The notes beneath the pieces are model-generated. The model was given only the letters and a program-made list of their open reading frames with translations. It ran no database searches and had not been told where the DNA came from. The position numbers and the translations under genes are program-made. 64,000 nt of DNA, from positions 3,902 through 67,901 of the forward strand of contig NZ_CAURVN010000002.1 of NCBI RefSeq assembly GCF_963528195.1, written 5' to 3'. The DNA is from an uncultured Granulicatella sp. (lineage in GTDB: Bacteria; Bacillota; Bacilli; Lactobacillales; Aerococcaceae). Below, one piece after another: positions 23,869 to 32,700 of the stretch. Position 1 is the first letter of the stretch. Each line of letters begins with the position of its first letter.

Positions 23869-25089
23869 TTAGTAAATCACATATTCACGTTTTCTTTGGA
23901 AATATAACTTCGCATCTGCTTTTGGTGTTATTTTTGCTGAGAAAACTTCTTCTTTCTTATTCAAATCAAATACTCGAAGTGCATCTTGTCCTTGATCAAG
24001 TCCGACATAAACTAATGTATCTTTGTTTAGCACTTCTTCTGAAGAATATGGATCACGTTGAATTGTTCCAATTTTTTCCAAAGATAAGCCCGCTGTAGCA
24101 CGATAAACCGTTTCTAACTCTGCTTGACGCTCTTTCGTTGCAATATATTCCGGACGTTCAACCGCATGGTCTCTTCCTGATTTTCTACCACTTACTCTTG
24201 GATGAGCCGTTTCTACTGCATAAATTTGAGACCCTGAAATGTAGAAGTTCGCTGCATTTTTTAGTGAACTAATATCCAACTTGCGGAATGCATTGGTAAA
24301 TAAATCATATTGATAATACTCATCTTCCTCTGGTTTTTCAGAAGATTTTGGTCCATCTTTTAAAGGAAGTACATTAAACACAATTGTTTCTGGATTATAA
24401 GAACGATTTCCAAATGCTGCATTCATGATTAAACCATCTTTTTCAAGTGTTAATTCTCCCACATCTTTCACAGTACCTTCTTCAAAAGATACAATAAACT
24501 TCACGAATTTTCTTTCACTCGATTTTCTTTCTACAAAAGGAATAATGACTCCTAATTCTTTTCCCTTACGTTGGAAGATTGGTTCTTCTCCCCAGCCAAA
24601 TGATGAATCTAAATGAATTGGAATTTGTTTTTCAATGATTCGTTTATTTTCATTCGAGTACATCGCATAATTAAATGTAAAGTCTCCAGTATTACTAAAA
24701 TATGAAGCCCAATGAATATCATAAAATAGTGAAGAATTGTCTAATTGTAATACATGTCTATGACTGACAAGTAATGAACGTTCTAAAAGAGGAATACGAC
24801 TTAATATCGCTTGTTCTCTCGCTTGCCCATTCCAAGTTCCTAATGTTTGGAATAGTTTTTCCACTTTCCCATCAACAATGGATGATGTCGAAACACTATT
24901 ACTGATTTTTCCTGCTCCTTCTTTTCCTACTTCAAAAACTGTCCCTTTTAAATATTGATTGCCTTCTGCTGAAGATTCTATGGTGTAAGGAGCATCCGAC
25001 ATTGACGTCCAAACCATATTCCCAATTCCTAAAACTAGAAATCCAACAATAATTACGAGTAATCCCCATGCAAATTTAATTGATTTCAT
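23869..25089 (-). CDS. membrane-anchored extracytoplasmic protein, function unknown (last gene of the YtrA-type operon)
   Basis: Start MKSIKFAWGLLVIIVGFLVL follows a GGGGGTGAG RBS. One N-terminal TM helix. No motif recognised. Confidence 0.75.
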   Translation of the reverse strand: MKSIKFAWGLLVIIVGFLVLGIGNMVWTSMSDAPYTIESSAEGNQYLKGTVFEVGKEGAGKISNSVSTSSIVDGKVEKLFQTLGTWNGQAREQAILSRIPLLERSLLVSHRHVLQLDNSSLFYDIHWASYFSNTGDFTFNYAMYSNENKRIIEKQIPIHLDSSFGWGEEPIFQRKGKELGVIIPFVERKSSERKFVKFIVSFEEGTVKDVGELTLEKDGLIMNAAFGNRSYNPETIVFNVLPLKDGPKSSEKPEEDEYYQYDLFTNAFRKLDISSLKNAANFYISGSQIYAVETAHPRVSGRKSGRDHAVERPEYIATKERQAELETVYRATAGLSLEKIGTIQRDPYSSEEVLNKDTLVYVGLDQGQDALRVFDLNKKEEVFSAKITPKADAKLYFQRKREYVIY

Positions 25090-25102
25090 ACGCTCACCCC
25101 CA

Positions 25103-25897
25103 TTAAACACTGACTTTACGTTCTAATAAATAATAATCAACTAACCAATGAATGCCCATAAATACGACTGCATACAAGATTGTCATAAAATATTGTTCCG
25201 TTTGAGTAAGAGATAAATGCAGCATCAATTGCATATAACTTGCTAAAATACCACAACAAATGACAAAGTAACCCACTAAAGATGCCACCATCAATGCCCA
25301 ACCATACGCTTTCAATCCTTCTTCTAAAATTGCTAATTGGAAGAAGAAAACAATGACTACCATTAAAAATGCCATACACCATGCATAGGCAGTTCCATTT
25401 AACGGTAATAAATATTGTAACATTGAACCCGAATTCAAGAAGTCCGTGTATTGAACATGGTCTGCTAAAACTGGAAATCTCCAAATTAATAGCGCCTTAT
25501 TCACTCCAAGAATGATAAATTGTGTTATTTGAAGTACTAAAATGTAAGACAAAATCGTTAAAAATTTTGCAAAATACACTTGCATTCGATTCCCTGGTAG
25601 TAAGAATAATCGATTAATAAAATTCCCTTTACTACGAAATTCTTTGACCCAAATATAAACCGAAGCAATAATAATAATGATAAAAGCTGCCATCAATGCT
25701 AAATTCATTCCAAATCTTGATTGCACTAAATCCGTCACACTTCTTGTATCTTCGACATTAAGATTTTTAGGATCTATTCTTAAAATACGCATCAGATGAA
25801 CTAATACTTGAATAACAAAGAACACAATCATTAGAAATCCTAACATAAATTTACTTTTTCCCAACTCATACAACCATAAATTAAAAATCTTTTTCAT
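25103..25897 (-). CDS. polytopic membrane protein (putative ABC-2-like permease partner)
   Basis: 264 aa, about six TM helices. Its start overlaps the ATPase gene stop in an ATGA arrangement. Confidence 0.7.
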   Translation of the reverse strand: MKKIFNLWLYELGKSKFMLGFLMIVFFVIQVLVHLMRILRIDPKNLNVEDTRSVTDLVQSRFGMNLALMAAFIIIIIASVYIWVKEFRSKGNFINRLFLLPGNRMQVYFAKFLTILSYILVLQITQFIILGVNKALLIWRFPVLADHVQYTDFLNSGSMLQYLLPLNGTAYAWCMAFLMVVIVFFFQLAILEEGLKAYGWALMVASLVGYFVICCGILASYMQLMLHLSLTQTEQYFMTILYAVVFMGIHWLVDYYLLERKVSV

Positions 25898-26583
25898 GAT
25901 TGATACACCTCCCTCATCACATCTACAATAGATTTACCTTCTTCTTCACGCACTTGTTCTGCGTAAAATTCTTTAATCACTTTTCCTTCATCTAATAAGA
26001 TAGCTTTATCAACAATATATTCAATATCTTCAATTTCATGGGACGTTAAAATAACTCCAATTCCTTCTAATAAATCTGAAGTAAATAATTGTACAATTTG
26101 TTCCCTTGAAAAAATATCAATTCCAGAAAATGGTTCATCCATTAATACGAAATCAACATCTAGGGATAAGCCTAATAACAAGTTAACTTTTGCAACATTT
26201 CCTTTTGATAATTGTTGAATCACTTCATTCCCTTTGAATTTGAAGAAATGTAATAATTTTTTAGCTTTCTCATCATTCCAATTCGGATAAAAAGTTCTCA
26301 TAAAAGCCATCGCTTCAAAAATCGTTTCGCCCTTATTCACAACAATTTGATCACAAATGTAAGCTAACTTCTTCGAACGATCTCCTTTGATCACTTGTCC
26401 ATCAATACTTACTTCCCCTTTTTGGATTGGAATTAACCCCATAATCATATTCATAATCGTTGTTTTCCCAATCCCATTCACTCCGATTAATACGGTAATT
26501 TCTCCACGTTCTGCTGTAAAAGAAATTCCATTTAACACCGCTTTGTTGCCAAATCTCTTATGTAAATGTTTCACTTCTAACAT
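25894..26583 (-). CDS. ABC transporter ATP-binding protein
   Basis: Walker A GVNGIGKTT, signature LSKGN, Walker B VLMDEPFSGID. Confidence 0.9.
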   Translation of the reverse strand: MLEVKHLHKRFGNKAVLNGISFTAERGEITVLIGVNGIGKTTIMNMIMGLIPIQKGEVSIDGQVIKGDRSKKLAYICDQIVVNKGETIFEAMAFMRTFYPNWNDEKAKKLLHFFKFKGNEVIQQLSKGNVAKVNLLLGLSLDVDFVLMDEPFSGIDIFSREQIVQLFTSDLLEGIGVILTSHEIEDIEYIVDKAILLDEGKVIKEFYAEQVREEEGKSIVDVMREVYQS

Positions 26584-26584
26584 G

Positions 26585-26956
26585 CTACTCTCCCTCTCTT
26601 CTCTTCATCGCTTGTTCCAACTGTTCCATGACTTCCTCATTCGAAACATGTAATGGATAAATCGAATCTGCAAAAATTTGTATTGCTTCTTGTAACATTT
26701 CTTGCTTTAATTGCCCAATTAATTGGGGATTATCTGTCACTCGACTCATGACATTATTTCCTGTCGAAATCAACCCCATCTCCTCCATTTCTCGAAATGC
26801 CCTTTGAACAGTATTTGGATTGACTTGCAGTTGACTAGCAAATTCTCTTCGACTGGGCAATTCTCTTCCTAATTCCCATTCGCCCGATACAATTTGCTTT
26901 TTAACATAGTCAATAATCTGTTCATATACCGGCAATCGTTTATCAAATTGGATCAT
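26585..26956 (-). CDS. GntR family transcriptional regulator, YtrA subfamily
   Basis: 123 aa. Contains LPSRREFASQLQVNPNTVQRAFREME, a winged helix with only a short C-terminal part. Confidence 0.88.
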   Translation of the reverse strand: MIQFDKRLPVYEQIIDYVKKQIVSGEWELGRELPSRREFASQLQVNPNTVQRAFREMEEMGLISTGNNVMSRVTDNPQLIGQLKQEMLQEAIQIFADSIYPLHVSNEEVMEQLEQAMKRREGE

Positions 26957-26986
26957 AACATTTCATCCCCTCCTTGTACTATTGTG

Positions 26987-27049
26987 TTAATGCATTAATA
27001 CACTTTGTTCCTTGACTGTATTATACGCTTGATACACTCATTTCGTCAA
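26987..27049 (-). promoter_or_regulatory. sigma-A-type promoter (TTGACG-18-TATAAT) plus 12-bp perfect palindrome TTAATGCATTAA (candidate YtrA operator)
   Basis: -35 is plus-strand cgtcaa at 27044-27049; -10 is plus-strand attata at 27020-27025. The palindrome at 26987-26998 lies between the -10 and the RBS. Confidence 0.6.
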
Positions 27050-27143
27050 TCATTTTTTGAAAATATTTTATAAAATCCGAAAAATTCTTTTGCTGGCTGT
27101 TTTTTGAGATAAATTCGTCGATTGGATAGCGATTTTTACAAAC

Positions 27144-27177
27144 AAAAAAACTTTAGACAGGAAATTCCCATCTAAAG
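27144..27177 (-). terminator. terminator after the tautomerase gene
   Basis: CTTTAGA...TCTAAAG stem with a plus-strand A-run upstream. Confidence 0.65.
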
Positions 27178-27190
27178 TTTCCACTAGGCA

Positions 27191-27370
27191 TTAGCCACGT
27201 AGTTGACCGTTTTGCCCTAAGTTTTCATGTTTGATTTCTTGAATAATAATATGAATATGTTCTGTAGGAGCGCCCGTGTTTTTCGAAACAACTTCTGTTA
27301 CTTCTTTGACAAGCGCTTCTTTTTGTTCACGTGTACGTCCTTCTAACATTTCAATATGAATAAATGGCAT
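27191..27370 (-). CDS. 4-oxalocrotonate tautomerase family protein (59 aa, missing from the ORF track)
   Basis: Translation: MPFIHIEMLEGRTREQKEALVKEVTEVVSKNTGAPTEHIHIIIQEIKHENLGQNGQLRG. Pro2 and the family-typical length. AAGGAGGG RBS. Confidence 0.88.
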   Translation of the reverse strand: MPFIHIEMLEGRTREQKEALVKEVTEVVSKNTGAPTEHIHIIIQEIKHENLGQNGQLRG

Positions 27371-27404
27371 GGCTATCCCTCCTTATTGTAAGAATAGTAT
27401 ACGC

Positions 27405-27932
27405 CTATACTCGATATTTCTCAATGATCTGTTGCATGGTTTTATTATGAAACAGCACATATAAAATCACAGTATTCAACGGTAAACTGATGATATTTTT
27501 CAAAATTCGAAGTCCCATAAAGGCTGAAAAAGCTTTTTGCGTCATCATATAAACCCACAAAGAATTAAGTCCAAGATTAATGACTACCGTAACGATAAAT
27601 ACCGTCACAAAAATACGTGGAAGTGTTAATTCTTTACGATACAGGCAATAGCCGTAAATCAATCCACCTAAAACGGCTGATAAAGTGAAACCAGGGAAAA
27701 AGGTACTCGCTTCCCCTCTTAGGAAATTCCCTAAAATATCTACAAAAAATCCTACAACAGCTGCTCGATAAGGTCCTAAAATCACCCCAGCAAGTGCCGC
27801 TCCGATAAATCCGAATCCGATTTGTACGAGATTCCCCATTTTAATCGATGGAATCATCTCAATAATTAAACGCATTGCAATCATTAATGCGGTTACCGTT
27901 AATGTTCTTGTTAATTGTGTTTGTTTGTTCAT
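27405..27932 (-). CDS. folT: folate-family ECF transporter S component
   Basis: 175 aa, six-TM S-component profile. Sits directly behind a THF riboswitch. Confidence 0.75.
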   Translation of the reverse strand: MNKQTQLTRTLTVTALMIAMRLIIEMIPSIKMGNLVQIGFGFIGAALAGVILGPYRAAVVGFFVDILGNFLRGEASTFFPGFTLSAVLGGLIYGYCLYRKELTLPRIFVTVFIVTVVINLGLNSLWVYMMTQKAFSAFMGLRILKNIISLPLNTVILYVLFHNKTMQQIIEKYRV

Positions 27933-27987
27933 ATTAGCATCTCCTTTTAACTGTTATAAAGAGCTGCTCCATTTAATAAATGGCTGT

Positions 27988-28096
27988 CATTAAATGCAGC
28001 GAATGCGAATACACTACCGCAAAGAGTTCTCTTTTTCGTCCAATCGGCAACATCCCATCCGTTTGGCACTTAACGCAATGTATTCTACTCTGATTT
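27988..28096 (-). promoter_or_regulatory. THF (tetrahydrofolate, folT-motif) riboswitch
   Basis: The minus strand reads AGAGUAG-AAUACAUU-GCGUUAAGUG-...-GGAUGGGAUGU-...-ACGAA-...-GCGGU-AGUGUAUU-CGCAUUCGCUGCAU. This matches the blocks I remember from the E. siraeum THF aptamer (AGAGUAG, GCGUUAAGUG, AUGGGAUGU, ACGAA, GCGGU, GCAU). Confidence 0.8.
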
Positions 28097-28232
28097 GTAG
28101 TGGTTCATCTCTTCGATTGACGAAACCTTTTCCATGCACTCCTTTCTACCAGAAAATAGCATACCTGGTTTTTAAGTTGTCGTCAATGAAACTGTTATTC
28201 TTCGGGTTCTTTCTATCTTTGCCTAAAGGGAA

Positions 28233-28261
28233 TTGATGAAAAACACGCTTTCAAGTATAAT
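28233..28261 (+). promoter_or_regulatory. promoter TTGATG-17-TATAAT for the AraC-family gene
   Basis: -35 at 28233-28238 and -10 at 28256-28261. This places the real start at the ATG at 28290. Confidence 0.55.
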
Positions 28262-28289
28262 GAAAGTATCAAATAAGGGAGTGAAAAGT

Positions 28290-29132
28290 ATGAGTAATGA
28301 ACGTTATTTAGTGATTGAATCGAATATGCGAAGTTTATCCTTCCATTTAGAATCTATTACCAAATCAAAATATGACAGTGATTGGCACAGCACGATCCAT
28401 TCTCATCCATTTATGGAATTATTTTATGTTTTAGATGGAAAGGGAGAATTTTTAATTGAAAATCGCCGTTTCCCTGTTAAAGCACAAGATTTTGTCATTA
28501 TTAATCCACAAGTCGATCATACAGAAGTATCCTCTCCTGAAGCCCCATTAGAGTATATCGTTTTAGGAATCACAGGATTGTCTTTTTCTAATTTCTTTAA
28601 CACTCAAACAAATGTGGAGCAGCCTTTTTCATTTTTCAATTTACGGGATGAACAAAAAGATATTTTAGTGTACTTAAATGCAATGGTAACAGAAGCAACG
28701 AATCACTCGATGAGCTATGAATTAGTTTGTCATAATTTATTAGAAATATTGCTCATTAAAATTCTTCGAAATAAATCGTTTGAAATTGATGTTAGCCCGA
28801 TTAATAAAACGACAAAAGATATTAGTTTAATTAAACACTATTTAAAGACACATTATCGAGAACAAATCTCCTTACAGGATTTAGCTGATTTAACACACTT
28901 AAGCAGATTTTATATCTCACACAGTTTTAAAAAAGAAATGAATCAAACACCAATGGAATATTTGACAGATATTCGAATTGAAGAAAGTAAGGTTCTCCTC
29001 TCTACTACTAATTATTCAATGTCACAAATTGCAGCCATTGTAGGTTTTTCAACTCAAGCATATTTTTCAAAACAATTTAAACAAAAAATCGGTATGACAC
29101 CTTTAGCATACCGTAAATCTCAACTAGAATAA
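28290..29132 (+). CDS. AraC family transcriptional regulator (cupin + HTH_18)
   Basis: C-terminal LQDLADLTHLSRFYISHSFKK...MSQIAAIVGFSTQAYFSKQFKQKIGMTP. GGGAG RBS before the ATG at 28290. Confidence 0.88.
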   Translation: MSNERYLVIESNMRSLSFHLESITKSKYDSDWHSTIHSHPFMELFYVLDGKGEFLIENRRFPVKAQDFVIINPQVDHTEVSSPEAPLEYIVLGITGLSFSNFFNTQTNVEQPFSFFNLRDEQKDILVYLNAMVTEATNHSMSYELVCHNLLEILLIKILRNKSFEIDVSPINKTTKDISLIKHYLKTHYREQISLQDLADLTHLSRFYISHSFKKEMNQTPMEYLTDIRIEESKVLLSTTNYSMSQIAAIVGFSTQAYFSKQFKQKIGMTPLAYRKSQLE

Positions 29133-29141
29133 GGTGAAACA

Positions 29142-29708
29142 ATGATTCGACAACCCAGTGAAGACGAACGCACACAAATTATTCCACTCATCCTTACAAT
29201 TATGGAAGATATGGAATTACCGATTTTAAAAGAAGTCTTTCCTAGCACTCTTCACACTATGCTAGAAAAAGCAATGCTACAAGAAGACTTTCGTTATAGT
29301 CTAACTAATACACTTATTTATATCGAAGACGAAACCGTTTCAGGAGCAATTTTTGGCTACCATGGACATCTCGAAGAAAGGATCGATGATCCATTTTATC
29401 AATTGTATGAAACGTACAATATTCCTTCTTCCATTCGTCTCTATGAAGATTCTGAAACACAAGCTGGAGAATGGTATATTGATATTCTCTCCGTGCATGA
29501 AAATCACCGAAGAAAAGGAATTGGGATGAAATTACTACAAGCTGTTGAAGCATTAGCCAAGAAACAAGGTGCTAATGTCATTGCTCTAAATTGCGAAGAA
29601 ATTAATGATAAAGCATATCAGCTCTACCAAAAACTAGGCTATACTGCGACAAGCACAAAAATCTTAAGCGGACATTCTTATTATCATATGACAAAAAAAC
29701 TTGAGTGA
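29142..29708 (+). CDS. GNAT family N-acetyltransferase
   Basis: HRRKGIGMKLLQAVEALAKKQG (motif A) and YQLYQKLGY. Confidence 0.88.
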   Translation: MIRQPSEDERTQIIPLILTIMEDMELPILKEVFPSTLHTMLEKAMLQEDFRYSLTNTLIYIEDETVSGAIFGYHGHLEERIDDPFYQLYETYNIPSSIRLYEDSETQAGEWYIDILSVHENHRRKGIGMKLLQAVEALAKKQGANVIALNCEEINDKAYQLYQKLGYTATSTKILSGHSYYHMTKKLE

Positions 29709-29757
29709 TGTTGAGTCACTCAAGTTTTTTGTTTACATAATCAAATTCACCATGTAG

Positions 29758-32700
29758 TTATTCCATTTCATTTGAAGATTCTTCTTTTCGTTTCCCCATA
29801 TATAGAGATAACAAAATTCCACTACCTAATACAATATAAATTGTATCATATTTTGTACCTGTTTCAGGTAATCTTCCATTTGAAATGTTCACTCCTGTTG
29901 TTGTAACTGTTACGATTGGTGTTTCTTCGTTTACCTCTTCAATCGGTGTTCCAGTTGAAGTATTTGCTAGTGGTGTCGAGTTCGTTTCATTTGGTTGAGG
30001 ATCTCTTTCCACAGTTGGCTCTTTATAAACTGGTGGAACATTCCCATTCATTGGTGGTGTTTGACGTTCTGGAGTATTTCCTCCTGGTGTTTCAGAATTA
30101 CCTCCTGTATTTGGAGTGTTTGGTTTATTTGTTTCTGGCTTCGGATCAGGTTTTAATTCTGGTTTAACCGGTTTATCTGATGGTGATGTAATGCTTCCTG
30201 ATTCTGGTTTTGGTTGTTCTGAAGGTGTTGTTCCAGGCGTTCCTGGTTGTACAGGAGTTGGATTCACATTACAATTACATGTTCCATCTGAATTTGTAAT
30301 AACAATTGTATAACTTCCATCAGAGTTTTCTTTTGTTTCAATTCTAGGTGATTTACCGTCTTGTCCATCTTTCACTACAATTTCTCGTTTTGTTCCATCT
30401 GGATTGGTAATGACAATTGTATGACTTCCATCTTCATTTTCTTTTGTTTCAATTGTAGGCGATTTACCGTCTTGTCCATTTTTCACTACAATCTCACGTT
30501 TTGTTCCATCTGCATTAGTAATAATGAATGTATGACTTCCATCAGAGTTTTCTCTTGTTTCAATTATCGCTGATTTACCATCAATACCATCACGGCCGTC
30601 ACGTCCATCACGGCCATCTACTCCATTATAGATATCTTCCTCACTAATCAAAGTATCTCCAGCTGTATAGGTTAAGCTATTGTCATTATCATAGTAAACA
30701 GTGATATGAACTCCAATTGGCTTAGCTGTTGGTTGAGTAGTTGCACGGTCTTCATCCACACTTCTAGCTCTTCTTGCACTTCGAGGTTGTGCAGGATAAA
30801 TAGGTTTCAATTCAACTCTTGGAGAACGTCCATCTTTTCCATTTTCTCCATTTTTAACCGTTGTTGTAATTGGTTCTTTACCATCTGGTTGAGTAATTGA
30901 GATTGTATGACTTCCATCTGGATTTGTTATCACACTAACTGCAGGCGTGAATCCATCTTTTCCATCACGACCTTGAAGTCCTTGTTCACCTTTGTCGCCT
31001 TTTACGCCCTTCATGTTTCCTACTGGTTTCCACTCTCCATCTTTCTTAACAAGTACATCGCCTGTTGTTGTATTAATGAATGTGTCTCCATCTTTACCTA
31101 GGCTTGCTTCTGGATTGACTTTACCGTTTAAGACATCTTTTCCGTCACGTCCGGCTACTCCGGCGTCACCTTTTTCACCTTTAGCTCCAGCTACGCCATC
31201 TTTAATCACAGATGTTCCTAAAACCGTATCTGTATCTTCATCAAACTGATTATTCGCATTCTTATCACTATAGAAGGTTAACGTAGTTTCTTTCTTAGTT
31301 TCATCGCGATCTACTTTGACTTTTGGAGTTTCTCCATCTTTACCATTTTTGATAATTGTTTCAACAGGTTGACCATTCGGTTGTGAAATTGTAATCGTAT
31401 GAGTTCCGTCATTGTTTTCCTTCACTGTAACTGTCGGCGTTGGCGGCGTTAAGTCTACAACATCAATTGTAATGTCTTTTGTAATAGACTTACCTCCTGC
31501 ACTTGTTACAGTTACTGGAATGTCAAATGCTCCAACTGCTGTCGGTGTTCCTGAAATAGTTTTACTTGCTTTATCATACGTTACACCCGCTGGAAGTTTT
31601 GTTTCATCAAACGTTAATGTTGCATCCGCTGGTACTGTAAACGTAATTGGTCGAAGACTTGTTTTTCCTAGTGCAATCATTTGACGATCATTTTTGATAT
31701 CTAATGACACTGGGTCATCTACAACTGTTAAAGTAATAATCTCTTCTGCGCTACCTTTTCCTAAGTTTGGTGAGTCGATAGAAGCTTTTAGACGAATTCT
31801 GTATACTCCTGGTTTTGTTGGAGTTCCTGTAATTGTATGCGTCGAAGCATTATAATTTAACCCTGCTATTGATTCCAGATAAGAATCAATATCTCCTTCT
31901 GGTAAATCCACACTTAAGTAACGAGCTCCTAAGTTTGAATGTTCACTATGAGTAACAACCATATTTTTAATAGCTGTTCCTGCGCGGACAGTTTGCTCTT
32001 TTTCTGTAACATTAATACTTACTGGAAGTGGACGAACATTAATTTTTATATGCCCACCTGCAACTGGAGACTCTGCCATTTCTGGGAAAGTAGCTTTATA
32101 TGAAATTAAATATTCTCCCACTTTAGACGGTTTTCCAGAGATCGTTCTACTTGCAGCATCATAAGTAACTCCTGGTGGTAATTGACTTGTATCCACCTCT
32201 AATCTTGCTTTATTATCAGAAGGATTTAACACTACTTCGTCAATTGCACTTAGAACATTTTTTTCTTGTTCCTTATTCTTAACGTCAACACTTAAATCAC
32301 GTGGTGTTACATTAATCGTTAATGTTGCACTTGCTGTTGAATTCCCACTAATTGTTGGACTAGTCGCTGTAAATGTAGCTGTATAAGTTCCGACTTTTGT
32401 AGGAGTGCCCGAAACAGTTTTTGTCGCAGCATCAAAGTTTACACCTGGAGGTAATGAACCTGAAGTTATCGATAGCACTGCTCCATCAGCTTGTAGATTA
32501 ATCGGAGGAAGTTCATCTAAAGCTTTTACTGTTTTTGTATTATCAGGAATAGAAAAATTTAGTGGCACACTGTTTACTGTGATATTGATATATGCATATG
32601 TCGATTGATTTGTACCATCTGCAGTAGTTCTATTAACATAGCCATACACTTGGAAAGTCCCTACTTGAGTCGGGGTACCTGTAACTGTTTTCCTATCTGC

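Noticed and set aside
27994-28236. Plus-strand 80-aa ORF, together with the N-terminal extension of the AraC ORF from 28233.
   Set aside because: The 80-aa ORF lies over the minus-strand THF riboswitch. The AraC promoter (-10 at 28256-28261) is downstream of 28233, so the real start is the ATG at 28290.
30116-32608. A series of plus-strand 64-90-aa ORFs (also 29916.., 35197.., 35219..).
   Set aside because: All are antisense to the continuous 1878-aa adhesin ORF. The repetitive, codon-biased sequence keeps the opposite strand open. They have no RBS.
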